The position numbers and the translations under genes are program-made. Positions 47,506-56,869 of a stretch of 64,000 bases of DNA are shown in pieces. The stretch's first letter is position 1. Each line of letters starts with the position of its first letter. The notes under the pieces are model-generated. The model was given only the letters and a program-made list of their open reading frames with translations. It was not told the origin of the DNA and did no database searches. Source of the stretch: Myxococcota bacterium. Its GTDB lineage: Bacteria > Myxococcota_A > UBA9042 > PHBI01 > JAWLBL01. The DNA is taken from contig JAWLBL010000017.1 in assembly GCA_041687695.1 (NCBI GenBank), positions 64,001 through 128,000 of the forward strand, in the 5' to 3' direction.

Positions 47506-49011
47506 GTGCGGCTGGAGACGTTGACAAAGAGCCGGTGGGTCGCGGGGGGGCTCATCGCAGCCTTCTTGACGCTGGGGCCGACGACGTCGGTGTTGGCGGC
47601 TAGCGATCGCCTGGACATCGAGTACGTGAAGACGGACGAGTTCCTCGCCAAGGGGACCATCCAGTTCTACGTGGACCTGCTCGACGACGACTACAAGGTC
47701 ATCTCCGGACTCTCCGGGGACGAGATCACGGTCTTCATCGACGGCCAGGAGGTCCCCGGGACCGTCCAGGTCCAGAGCTTCTCGGAAGCGCAGGAGCGGG
47801 TGGCGGTCGCCATCCTGATGAACGGCTCGCGTGGCTACGCCAAGCTCGAGGCCGCCGAGGACGACGAGGGCAACGCCGTTCAGGGGCCGCCGGAGGTCTT
47901 CGGGCTCCAGAAGCAGGGCTTCGCCGAGTTCGTGAAGAAGCTCGACACGAACGACCACTTCTCGGTGTACCTCTACAACGAGGCGGGGCTGAGGGTCGTC
48001 GACAACTGGAGCCAGGATCCGACCGGCGCGGCCGACCGCATCGAGAAGAACGCCAAGCTGAGCGACGAGTCGAAGTCCTCGCCGCTGCCGCCGCTTCTGT
48101 ACAAGAGCGTCAAGGACATCGTCGACGGCAAGATCGCCGAGGCCGAGAACCTCCCGCGCCGCAAGATCCTCCTGGTGATGTCGGACGGCAAGGACCGCTT
48201 CGAGTCCCAGGCCAAGAAGCTCGAAGGGACCATCGACCAGATCGTCGAGGCCGCCAAGGCGAACGGCGTCCGCATCTACACGCTCGGGTTCACGATGGAC
48301 CTGCCCGACCCGCTCGTGCAGTTCTCGAGCCTGGCGTCGAAGACGTCCGGCATCCATCGCGAGCTCGACGCCGGGCGGGTGACCGAGATCCCGATGGTGC
48401 TCGAGAACATCGCGACGGAGCTGAAGAAGCAGTACGTCGTCACGTTCAAGCCGCACGAGGACTTCAAGGGCGCCGAAGAGGCGGTGAAGGTCCGCCTCAA
48501 GCTCAAGAGCCCGCGAGGCAGCACGCTCGAGAAGGAGTACACGGAGCCGGTCAAGATCCAGAAGAAGCCCTTCGATTGGATGGGCCTGCTCAAGTGGATC
48601 GGCATCGGCCTCGGCAGCCTGCTCGGCCTGTTCCTCGTCTGGAAGCTGGTGGCCGGGATCCTCCGCGCGCGACGCAACGCGGCCAGCCAGCCGGTCGTCG
48701 AGGAGCAGTACAGCGGCCCATACAAGGGCAAGCTGCTGGCCACCGGAGGGGGGCTGATCGGCACTGAGTATTTCCTGACTGAGGATGTCACGACCATCGG
48801 CTCCATCCAGGGCAACGCGATCGTCCTGTCAGGGCCGGGGGTGTCCAAGCGCCACGCCGGTATCAAGATCGAGGACATGCGGTTCGAACTGGCCGACTTC
48901 GGCTCGACCAACGGGACCTACGTGAACGGCACCAAGATCACCAAGCAGTTCCTGCGCGACGGTGACCTGGTGTCCATCGGCGACAACGAGCTGCGCTTCA
49001 CGCTGAAGTAG
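47506..49011 (+). CDS. Signal peptide - VWA-like domain - TM helix - cytoplasmic FHA domain protein
   Basis: VAILMNGS, ILLVMSDGKD, VRIYTLGF, LASKTSG (VWA); TM WIGIGLGSLLGLFLVW; VSKRHA...STNGTYVNG (FHA); GTG with GAGGAGG RBS (track start 47410). Confidence 0.85.
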   Translation: MRLETLTKSRWVAGGLIAAFLTLGPTTSVLAASDRLDIEYVKTDEFLAKGTIQFYVDLLDDDYKVISGLSGDEITVFIDGQEVPGTVQVQSFSEAQERVAVAILMNGSRGYAKLEAAEDDEGNAVQGPPEVFGLQKQGFAEFVKKLDTNDHFSVYLYNEAGLRVVDNWSQDPTGAADRIEKNAKLSDESKSSPLPPLLYKSVKDIVDGKIAEAENLPRRKILLVMSDGKDRFESQAKKLEGTIDQIVEAAKANGVRIYTLGFTMDLPDPLVQFSSLASKTSGIHRELDAGRVTEIPMVLENIATELKKQYVVTFKPHEDFKGAEEAVKVRLKLKSPRGSTLEKEYTEPVKIQKKPFDWMGLLKWIGIGLGSLLGLFLVWKLVAGILRARRNAASQPVVEEQYSGPYKGKLLATGGGLIGTEYFLTEDVTTIGSIQGNAIVLSGPGVSKRHAGIKIEDMRFELADFGSTNGTYVNGTKITKQFLRDGDLVSIGDNELRFTLK

Positions 49012-49034
49012 CGCCGGGTCGCGCGTGGATCTTG

Positions 49035-49067
49035 GAGGGTCGTCCTTTGGGGCGGCCCTCGTCGTTT
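49035..49067 (+). terminator. Hairpin/terminator ending the CIS-FHA region
   Basis: GAGGGTCGTCC-loop-GGCGGCCCTC followed by GTCGTTT. Confidence 0.45.
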
Positions 49068-49392
49068 CGAAGGGAGACCGTCCGAACGAGCGCGAGCCGT
49101 ACAGTCGATGGCCTCGGGGTCGCTTCGATGGACGTCGGTTCGCGTGGCCCGGCGGCGCGTGACGATCCATGGAGGAGGCGTAGCCGATAGGCTCGAGGCC
49201 TGTGTCCCGCTTGCCCTTCAGGTCCGGCTGCAGCTTGGTCTGCTCGCACCTGGCAGGGTCTCGCGAGGCGTTCGCGCGCAGGTTCGACTTCGGCGACGTC
49301 CGTGGCGGCCTGGAGCGGGGCCATGGAGGCGTCTTTGAGGATCCCGCAGGGGTCGAGCCCCGGCGGACTCCAAGCGCGTCTTGAAGGGGCTC

Positions 49393-49688
49393 TGACGAGG
49401 CCCTGGCGCGTGGCCGGGGTGGGCCAGAGGCTGGGCCCGACCTTGGCCGTACTTGCAACGCGCCCTTGACGAGCTCTTGGAGTGCGGCCGGGGGCGGGCT
49501 AGAGGCTGAGCCCGACCTTGAAGGTGTAGCTCTGGAGCTCGCCCAGGCCGGCCTTCGGGGGCGGGTTAGAGGCTGGGCCCGATCTTGAAGGTGTAGCTCT
49601 GGAGCTCGCCCAGGCCGGCCTTCGGGGGCGGGCTAGAGGCTGAGCCCGACCTTGAAGGTGTAGCTCTGGAGCTCGCCCAGGCCGGCCT
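49393..49688. repeat. Tandem copies of the 3' end of the 49633-50433 gene (3 x 67 bp plus an older degenerate copy offset by ~75 bp)
   Basis: Units at 49489-49555, 49556-49622 and 49623-49688; the middle unit has 3 substitutions; degenerate copy at 49393-49445. Confidence 0.92.
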
Positions 49689-50433
49689 CGAAGCCGAAAT
49701 CGGCGATGCCCGCCACCACGCGCAGGCCGACCACCGCGCGGTGCCGGAGGAAGTCCTGCGTCGGGAGGATGAACGTCGACGGCTGGAGGGCGCCCTCGGC
49801 GAACGCGCCGAGGACGTGCGACTTGGCGTGGACGTACGTCAGCTCGTAGCCGGCGTACGGCGTCGTCTGGACGAGGCCGCCGATGCCGAACGTCCAGCTC
49901 AACATCAGGTCGCCGCCGGACGTGAGGAGGACGAGATCACGGTCGCCGAGGACCGTGTTGATGTGCGTTCGGAAGCCGAAGTCTGGCGCCTGGTGGTTGC
50001 CTTCGATGAAGGCCCACTTCAGCTCGAGGCCGACGCCCCAGATGTCCGACTCGTGCAGGTGGGAGACGACGCCGCCCAGCTCGAACGAGTAGGGCAGGCC
50101 CTTGCGCACGTGGAGGTGCGAGACCTGCAGCGCGCCTCCCGGCTCGCCTACCGCGTCGTTCCAGTAGTCCTTGGTCTCGTCGATGTCGACGAGGGCGATG
50201 CCGTAGGCGATGTCGATGCCGAGCCCACCCACGGTGCTGCCTGGCCCCGCGAACTTGGGGTGCATGGCGAGCGCGAGGTCGCCCACGAGAGACTGGAAGC
50301 CGGCCTCGTCGGTGCCGCCAGCGCCGCCGAAGGTCGACAGATCGAGCTCGTAGCGCTGCGCCTGGGCGGGCGTGGCCCACAGGATGGCGGCCGGCGCGAG
50401 GGCCGTCAGGGCGGAAAAGCGGAAGAACTTCAC
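49633..50433 (-). CDS. Putative outer-membrane beta-barrel protein
   Basis: Signal peptide ending AQA; amphipathic beta-strands; C-terminal YTFKVGLSL. Confidence 0.75.
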   Translation of the reverse strand: MKFFRFSALTALAPAAILWATPAQAQRYELDLSTFGGAGGTDEAGFQSLVGDLALAMHPKFAGPGSTVGGLGIDIAYGIALVDIDETKDYWNDAVGEPGGALQVSHLHVRKGLPYSFELGGVVSHLHESDIWGVGLELKWAFIEGNHQAPDFGFRTHINTVLGDRDLVLLTSGGDLMLSWTFGIGGLVQTTPYAGYELTYVHAKSHVLGAFAEGALQPSTFILPTQDFLRHRAVVGLRVVAGIADFGFEAGLGELQSYTFKVGLSL

Positions 50434-51074
50434 GCGTCTTCTCCACTCGGCTCGAGGCTACGCAGGCGCTCCTCGAGCTGCTCGACACGGCGTTCGAGCT
50501 CTGCGATGCGTCTATGGTTGACGTCGAAGTGGCCGAGCGACTGCACGACCAGGTTCCAGCGCTCTTCGAGCATCCGCTGCATGGTATCGAAGTTGCGCTG
50601 TGTGTTGTCCAGCCACTCGCGCAGGCCCTCGGGAGCCTTGGCGCGCGCCGCCCCTGGAGTCGTCTCCTGGGGCGGAGGCTCCGGAGCGGGCGCAGGCGTC
50701 GCGACGGCGGCCTCGCCGGCCTCGGCGCCTCGGGCGCGGAAGACCTTGCGCATGGTCTCCTCGGCCTCGCCGCGAAGCGTGGTGACCGGCTGCGTGATGT
50801 GGCGCTGGATGAAGTCGCCGCCGGTCTGGAACAGGCCTCGGATCGTCGACAGCGGCAGCGCCTTACGTTGCTGTCGCTCCTTGTCGAAGAGGATCTGTGT
50901 CAACGTGATCGTCGTCAGATCTTCTTTGGTCTGGTTGTCGATGATCTTCACTTCTTCGCCCGCCTTGACCAGGCTGGCGATCTCGTCGTGCGTGATGTAG
51001 CAGCTCTCCGACATGTCGTAGAGCTTGCGGTTGGCGTAGCGTTTGATCACGCGCGGCTTGCGCTTTTCGGCCAT
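50430..51074 (-). CDS. PhaR-like (PHA synthesis regulator DNA-binding domain) protein
   Basis: VIKRYANRKLYD...YIT..EI...V..GEEV.IIDN.T.EDLT..TL.QI; C-terminal coiled coil. Confidence 0.85.
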   Translation of the reverse strand: MAEKRKPRVIKRYANRKLYDMSESCYITHDEIASLVKAGEEVKIIDNQTKEDLTTITLTQILFDKERQQRKALPLSTIRGLFQTGGDFIQRHITQPVTTLRGEAEETMRKVFRARGAEAGEAAVATPAPAPEPPPQETTPGAARAKAPEGLREWLDNTQRNFDTMQRMLEERWNLVVQSLGHFDVNHRRIAELERRVEQLEERLRSLEPSGEDA

Positions 51075-51160
51075 GGACACTCCGACTTCGCAGGCGCTCC
51101 CTATCTTGGAGCGTGCAAATGTCATGTCAACGGGTTAAAGCGCGCCGCAAGGAGGAGACG

Positions 51161-51616
51161 ATGCCCCTCGACAACGAACTGACGGAGCGGATGAAGGCCG
51201 CGATGAAGGCCCGGGACCAGCGGACCCTGGACGTCATCCGGATGATCAAGTCCCGCGTGAAGGAGCGCCAGACGGCGCCCGGCTTCTCGGGCGAGGTCGA
51301 CGACGCGCTGATCACCGACGTCATCGCGACCTACGTCAAGCAGATGGAGAAGGCGGCCGCCGAGTACGAGCGGCTCGGGCCCCAGGGCGCCGCGGCCGTC
51401 GAGCAGCTGCGCTTCGAGATCGACTACCTCAAGCCGTTCCTGCCCGAGAAGATGGATCGGGATGAGACCCGCGCGCTGCTGCGCGAGATCGCGGCGGCGC
51501 AGGGCATCACGGACAAGAAGCAGGCGGGGAGACTCGTTGGCGCGGCGATGAAGACGCACCGCGACCAGCTGGATCCGGCGCTCGCCCGGGAAGTGGCCGA
51601 CGAGCTGCTCGCCTGA
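51161..51616 (+). CDS. GatB/YqeY domain protein
   Basis: MKAAMKARD...IRMIKS...EIDYL..FLP...GRLVGAAMK; AGGAGG RBS. Confidence 0.9.
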   Translation: MPLDNELTERMKAAMKARDQRTLDVIRMIKSRVKERQTAPGFSGEVDDALITDVIATYVKQMEKAAAEYERLGPQGAAAVEQLRFEIDYLKPFLPEKMDRDETRALLREIAAAQGITDKKQAGRLVGAAMKTHRDQLDPALAREVADELLA

Positions 51617-51638
51617 GGGGCGTCGCTGGCGGCCGGGT

Positions 51639-51848
51639 CACCCGCGCGGGGACCGGCCGCCATCCCTAACCAATGGCAGGTCGCGCAGAGCCCGTAGATC
51701 TCCATTTCGTGGTCCTGGATCTCGAAGCCGGGCTCGCGCGCGACACCCGCGTGGGGACCGGCCGCCGTCCCCCACTAGCGGCAGGTCGCGCAGAGCCCGT
51801 AGATCTCCATCTTGTGATCCTGGATCTCGAAGCCGTGCTCGCGCGCGA
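51639..51848. repeat. 105-bp tandem duplication of the fur 3' end and its flank
   Basis: Copies at 51639-51743 and 51744-51848 with 11 substitutions. Confidence 0.92.
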
Positions 51849-52209
51849 TCTTCTCTTGCAGGGCCTCGATGGTCTCGTTGTGGAATTCGATGAGGCGGCC
51901 ACACCGCGTGCAGACCAGGTGGTCGTGGTGCTCGCCCTCCTCGGAGACCTCGTAGCGGGAGGCGGCGCCGCCGAAGCGCGAGCGGTTCGCGAGGCCGCTC
52001 TCGACCAGCAGCTTGAGTGTCCTGTACACGGTCGCCTGGCCGACGCCGCGGTCGATGGCGCGCACGCGCTCGTAGAGCTCCTCGATGTCGGGGTGGCCCT
52101 CGCCCTCGAAGAAGGCTTCGGCGATGACGCGGCGCTGGCGCGTCAACCGGAGCCCGTGCTCGGTGAGGTAGGCCTTGAGGCGATCTTCCCACTCGACGGT
52201 ACGAGTCAT
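51775..52209 (-). CDS. fur: Fur-family transcriptional regulator
   Basis: GLRLTRQR, ATVYRTLKLL, HHDHLVCTRCG, H.MEIYGLCATC. Confidence 0.93.
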   Translation of the reverse strand: MTRTVEWEDRLKAYLTEHGLRLTRQRRVIAEAFFEGEGHPDIEELYERVRAIDRGVGQATVYRTLKLLVESGLANRSRFGGAASRYEVSEEGEHHDHLVCTRCGRLIEFHNETIEALQEKIAREHGFEIQDHKMEIYGLCATCR

Positions 52210-52928
52210 GGGGTTCCGTCCAGGGCGAGGTTGGCGGTGACGTCGGGGGGGCTCACGTGCTCCTGTCGCACCTCGATGGCCACGGCCTGAGGTGTTTGCC
52301 CGGTGAGGCGCCGCGTGCCCTCGAGACGGATGACGCCGTCCTGGGCCGCGCCGCTCAGATGCGCGATCGCGAGCCCCGTCCGGTCATGGGCGTGGATGAG
52401 CGTGACGACCTCGAGGGTGATGGCGCCGTCGTCGCCGGTGATGCGGGAGACCCCGGCGACGACCCGCTGGTCGTCGAGCGTCCAGTGAGCGCGCGTAGAC
52501 GTGCTGGCGCCGGGCGGGCGCTGGTGGGTCGCGAGGAGCGCCATCCCGAGCTGCAGGCGGGCGAGCTCGGGGCGCGCGTCCTCCGGCACCGTGCGTGCGG
52601 GCGACGGCCAGCCGGCGTCAGCATCGGTACGGAGCGCCACGTCCTCGAGCAGCGCTTCGATCTTTCGGACGAGGCTCGAGTCGCCCGGCGTCGGCTCGAT
52701 GAAGACGTCGTCGAGCTCGTAGGCGCCGCCGTCGGTCGGCACCAACGTGGCCGATATGGCGACGCGACGAGCCTCTGAGCCCTGGGCCCCGTAGCGCTCG
52801 ACGACGGTCACGCGCCGGCCGTGGGCGGGGCCGGTCGCCTCTGGGACGCCGCAGCCCAGGACGCCGAGGCAGGCGGCGGAGAGCGCTACGCGCCAGGCCG
52901 GCGGGCGCGTAGCGATGGGTAGGGTCAT
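52206..52928 (-). CDS. Hypothetical lipoprotein
   Basis: VLGC lipobox after a signal peptide; GGAG RBS; stop overlaps the fur start. Confidence 0.6.
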   Translation of the reverse strand: MTLPIATRPPAWRVALSAACLGVLGCGVPEATGPAHGRRVTVVERYGAQGSEARRVAISATLVPTDGGAYELDDVFIEPTPGDSSLVRKIEALLEDVALRTDADAGWPSPARTVPEDARPELARLQLGMALLATHQRPPGASTSTRAHWTLDDQRVVAGVSRITGDDGAITLEVVTLIHAHDRTGLAIAHLSGAAQDGVIRLEGTRRLTGQTPQAVAIEVRQEHVSPPDVTANLALDGTP

Positions 52929-53100
52929 GGCAGGCTCCAAGAGGGTGGTCGGCCGCGTGGATGGTCGGTTATCAACGGTAGCGCGTGCGGTCAACTCTGG
53001 CGCGACCCGGCGGCCGGGCGCGGCGTGCTGGACGCTGGTGAGCGCGTGGAGGATGCTGCGTCTCGTTCGACCGGCAAGGCCCATGAGGCGGAGAGTGGGG

Positions 53101-53760
53101 GTGAAGAGCCAGCTGGCCAGGATCCTCGTAGGCGGCGCGCTGCTGGCGTTGGCGTCCTGCGCGACGACGGAGGCGACGACCCCCGCCGAGATCGCCGAGG
53201 CCCAGGTTTCGGCTTTGCGGGCCCGCGATCACGTCACCGCGTGGCGCTTGCTGAGCGAAGGAGGGAGGGCCCGGAACCTGCCCATGCCCGAGCCCGGAGC
53301 GCTCCCGACGGGCCATGCGCGCGAGGTGGAACGCGTGGCGCGGTGGGCGACGCCCGAGGGGCCGCTCGTTTTGGTGCGAGATGGCAACGGCTGGCGGCTG
53401 CGGGCGGGCGTCCTCGGCTTGAGCAGGGCGAGCACGCCGGCGCAGGCGCTGGAGACGCTGGCGCGCGCCATCGACGCCCGCGACTTCGACCTGATGTTGT
53501 CGCTGCTGCCGATGGAGGAGCGGACGCGCTGGACCGCCCGGGAGCTCGCTGCGGCGCTCGAGTCGCCGGCCGTTGCGTCGGCCTGGCGGGCGCTGGCCGC
53601 CCGCATCCGCGGGGAGGCGCCGACGCTGGCATGGCTCGACGCCGGGACACGCGTCCGAGCCGCATGGGGCGCCGACGTGGCGGTGGTTCTGGCGCGCGAG
53701 GAGGACGGTTGGAAGATCCTCGACGTGGAGCCGCGCCGTCCCTACACTGGCGCGCCTTGA
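53101..53760 (+). CDS. Hypothetical lipoprotein with two NTF2-like repeats
   Basis: LASC lipobox; repeated [10 protein letters not shown] / [10 protein letters not shown]; start uncertain. Confidence 0.65.
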   Translation: MKSQLARILVGGALLALASCATTEATTPAEIAEAQVSALRARDHVTAWRLLSEGGRARNLPMPEPGALPTGHAREVERVARWATPEGPLVLVRDGNGWRLRAGVLGLSRASTPAQALETLARAIDARDFDLMLSLLPMEERTRWTARELAAALESPAVASAWRALAARIRGEAPTLAWLDAGTRVRAAWGADVAVVLAREEDGWKILDVEPRRPYTGAP

Positions 53761-53773
53761 TGGGAGGGCCGCC

Positions 53774-55009
53774 ATGGCGTTGATCGTGCAGAAGTTCGGC
53801 GGGACCTCGGTCGGGTCGCCCGAACGCATTCGGAACGTGGCCAAGCGCGTGGCCGAGACGCGTCGTCAGGGCCACGACGTGGTGGTCGTCGTCAGCGCGA
53901 TGGCTGGTGAGACGAATCGGCTCGTGTCGCTCGCGTTCGAACTCGCGAAGAACCCGATCGGGCGCGAGTACGACGTCCTGCTCGCGTCGGGTGAGCAGGT
54001 CGCCATCGCGCTCGTCGCGCTGGCGCTTCAGCAGCTCGGGGTGCCGGCGCGCTCGTTCCTGGGGCACCAGGTGCGCATCGTCACCGACGCGACCCACGGC
54101 CGCGCCCGCATCGAGAGCATCGGGGTCCCCGTGCTCCAGGAGGCGCTCGGGCGCGGTGAGATCGCGGTCGTCGCTGGGTTTCAGGGCATGGACCGCGCCG
54201 GCAACATCACGACCCTGGGCCGCGGCGGTAGCGACACCACGGCCGTCGCCCTGGCCGCGGCGCTGAAAGCCGACGTCTGCGAGATCTATACCGACGTCGA
54301 CGGCATCTACACGGCCGACCCCAACATCGTGCGTTCGGCACGGAAGATCGATCGCGTCTCCTACGAGGAGATGCTCGAGCTCGCCTCGCTGGGCGCCAAG
54401 GTCCTGCAGACGCGGTCGGTCGAGTTCGCGATGAAGTACGAGGTCCCGGTCCACGTGCGGTCGAGCTTCAGCGACGCCGAGGGATCGTGGGTCGTCCCGG
54501 AGGACAAGACGATGGAGCAGGTGGTCGTTCGAGCGGTCAGCTACGACCGGAACGAGGCGCGGGTGTCGGTCATCGGGATCCCCGACCAGCCGGGCGTCGC
54601 CGCCCGGATCTTCAAGGCGCTCGCGGACGCCGAGATCGTGGTCGACATGATCATCCAGAACGCCTCGCAGGAGCAGGGGCGGACCGATCTCACCTTCACG
54701 GTCCCCAAGGCCGACGTCGCGCAAGCGCGCGACATCATCGAGGCGGTCGCCGGAGAGCTTGGTGGGGCGGGCGTCCGCACCGACACGGACATCGCGAAGA
54801 TCAGCGTCGTGGGCGTCGGCATGCGCAGCCACTCGGGCGTTGCGGCCAAGACGTTCGCCGCCCTGAGCGAGCTGGGCATCAACATCCAGATGATCTCGAC
54901 GTCCGAGATCAAGATCAGCGTCGTCATCGACGAGGGCTACACGGAGCTCGCCATGCGCGCGCTGCACAAGACCTTCGATCTGGACGCGCCGGCGTCGGCC
55001 CAGAGCTGA
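53774..55009 (+). CDS. lysC: Aspartokinase
   Basis: [40 protein letters not shown] domains, ISTSEIKIS. Confidence 0.97.
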   Translation: MALIVQKFGGTSVGSPERIRNVAKRVAETRRQGHDVVVVVSAMAGETNRLVSLAFELAKNPIGREYDVLLASGEQVAIALVALALQQLGVPARSFLGHQVRIVTDATHGRARIESIGVPVLQEALGRGEIAVVAGFQGMDRAGNITTLGRGGSDTTAVALAAALKADVCEIYTDVDGIYTADPNIVRSARKIDRVSYEEMLELASLGAKVLQTRSVEFAMKYEVPVHVRSSFSDAEGSWVVPEDKTMEQVVVRAVSYDRNEARVSVIGIPDQPGVAARIFKALADAEIVVDMIIQNASQEQGRTDLTFTVPKADVAQARDIIEAVAGELGGAGVRTDTDIAKISVVGVGMRSHSGVAAKTFAALSELGINIQMISTSEIKISVVIDEGYTELAMRALHKTFDLDAPASAQS

Positions 55010-55061
55010 CGCTCTCCGGCTTCCGGGCGCCCAGCGGTTGGGGCTGCGGGCGCGACGGGCC

Positions 55062-56150
55062 TCACGGAGTCGGCGTCAGCTTCGCCAGCGTCGCCTTGAC
55101 CGGCTCGAGCAGGGCCGTGCCCAGCGTTGCGGCGTGGCCGGCCAGCCGCCAATGACCGTCGGCATCCCGCACGAAGCTCAGCGGGGGGCCATCCGTGGGG
55201 ATGACCTTGACGGCTCCGGAGGCCTCGTCGCCCTCGACGCGGTCGGGCGGGCTGTCGACGGACACCGGCGAGGCGAAGGCGTCCGAACGCGCCCAGGCCT
55301 CGTAGAGGGCGCGATCGCTGGCCGCCGTGACGTAGAGCGCCAGACCGTGCTCGGCGTAGGTGGCCTCTCGCTGCCGGCGCGCGGTCTTGCGTTGGAGGAC
55401 CTTCTGGGCTTCGCGTGAGGCCTGCAGGGCCTCGACGAGCACGGCGTGGGCCGGTGCGTCGAGCAGCGTATACAGGACGCCCGCGTCGCGGGGGCTCGCG
55501 TGGGCCGCCGCGCGAAGCAGGTTGTAGGCGCCTTGAGGCGTCCTGGGGTCCTTCGAGGCGATCCAGGCCTTTCGGTGCTCGTCGGCGGCAGCGAGCACGC
55601 CGTCCGCGTTCTGGCGGAGGGCCGCGATCCGCGGGTTCTGCTCGAACAGATCCATCACGAGGCGGGAGCGCCAGCCTTCTTCGGTGCGCTGGAAGGTGAA
55701 CTGCTCTCCCGCGGAGGTGTGGATGACGGCCGTGTCCCCGTCGATCACGGCGCCGCGCGTGCGCAGGCCATCGCGCGCCTCGTCGTCGAGGCGCATGGCC
55801 TTCTCGTCGAGCAGGGCGTCGAGGAGCCGCGGGCCCGCATCCGGGTCGTCGGTGGCCACCCCTGCGAAGAGCTGGGCGCCGAGCGCCGCACGGGCGCGCT
55901 CTCGATCTTCCCCCTCGTAGAGGCCATCGGCCGCGGCGAGCGCTTCGTGGACCCGCGCGTGCAGCGCGAGGATCTCTTCGCGGGCCTTGGGCGCAGACAG
56001 GGTCCACAGGGCGGTCATGTCGCCGCGCTCGAGCGCCTGCACGGTCTCGTCCAGGACGGTCGAGACGGCGACCTGCTCGGGATCGGGCTCGCAGGCGAGG
56101 ACGGCGAGCGCCAGGAGGGCCGTGGAGAGCGACTTCGCAAACGTGTTCAT
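55062..56150 (-). CDS. Hypothetical lipoprotein
   Basis: MNTFAKSLSTALLALAVLAC lipobox; two NTF2-like repeats (FQRTEEGWR, FVRDADGHWR). Confidence 0.7.
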   Translation of the reverse strand: MNTFAKSLSTALLALAVLACEPDPEQVAVSTVLDETVQALERGDMTALWTLSAPKAREEILALHARVHEALAAADGLYEGEDRERARAALGAQLFAGVATDDPDAGPRLLDALLDEKAMRLDDEARDGLRTRGAVIDGDTAVIHTSAGEQFTFQRTEEGWRSRLVMDLFEQNPRIAALRQNADGVLAAADEHRKAWIASKDPRTPQGAYNLLRAAAHASPRDAGVLYTLLDAPAHAVLVEALQASREAQKVLQRKTARRQREATYAEHGLALYVTAASDRALYEAWARSDAFASPVSVDSPPDRVEGDEASGAVKVIPTDGPPLSFVRDADGHWRLAGHAATLGTALLEPVKATLAKLTPTP

Positions 56151-56383
56151 GGACGTCTCGCTAGTAGCACGGAGGCGCCGGCGGGCGCTCGAGCAGAGTG
56201 CCGGGCGGCGCGCCGATCGACAAGAGGCGCGGCGGCGTGCGTGGCGCCGGGTGACCGGCGCGTCATCCGCGGGCGCCGAGCCGTGCCTCGCAAGTCGGTC
56301 CGCCGCAAGGGGACGCCGTCGGTGACGTCGGCCCCGGACCCTCGGGTTGACACGGCCGACCGGGTCCGTGATACGCGGTCGGC

Positions 56384-56845
56384 ATGTCACGTGGACTGCC
56401 GATACTCACGGTGTTGATGGCCTGGTTGATGCTCGGGGGGTGCGCTCGGAAGGAGCCCGCGCCCGTCGAGGCGGTCGCGACGGTCTATTCCGCCCTGGCC
56501 GAGTACAGCTCGCGAGGCCGGCCCGGTCTGCTGGAGGTGGCCTACGATCACCTGGACAGCGGCACGCGAGCGAAGCTTCAGGCCCGAGCCAAGGAGGCGT
56601 CGGCGGCCACGGGCGTCGAGGTGCAGCCTTGGGAGCTCCTGGGGGCCCGCGGGATGGTGGGCGGCGACCGGGTCTCCGACGTCGAGCTGGTCTCGCAGAC
56701 GGGCGACGAGGCGCGCGTGTCGGTCAAGTTCGCCTGGTGGGTGCCCGAGCAGGCCGGAGGCAAGCCGCTGCAACCCGAGCCGGTCGAGGTGAAGGCCGTG
56801 CGCGAGGAGGGGCAGTGGCGCGTCGTCCTGCCGCTGCCGCTTTAG
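56384..56845 (+). CDS. Hypothetical lipoprotein (NTF2-like)
   Basis: LGGC lipobox; GDEARVSV...VREEGQWRV. Confidence 0.7.
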   Translation: MSRGLPILTVLMAWLMLGGCARKEPAPVEAVATVYSALAEYSSRGRPGLLEVAYDHLDSGTRAKLQARAKEASAATGVEVQPWELLGARGMVGGDRVSDVELVSQTGDEARVSVKFAWWVPEQAGGKPLQPEPVEVKAVREEGQWRVVLPLPL

Positions 56846-56869
56846 GGCGAGAGGATGTGAGGAGTGGGC

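Noticed and set aside
49068..49392. Small ORFs or pseudogene downstream of the VWA-FHA gene
   Set aside because: No recognisable motif, RBS or consistent codon bias in any frame.
49489..49688. CRISPR array
   Set aside because: Units are contiguous with no unique spacers, they copy a coding 3' end, and no cas genes are present.
51424..51777. Programmed TAG readthrough (e.g. pyrrolysine) extending Fur
   Set aside because: Fur is complete at the TAG, the downstream frame is explained by the duplication and runs antisense into yqeY, and no pyl genes are seen.
51639..51848. Diversity-generating retroelement VR/TR pair
   Set aside because: Mismatches are not confined to adenines on either strand and no reverse transcriptase is in the window.
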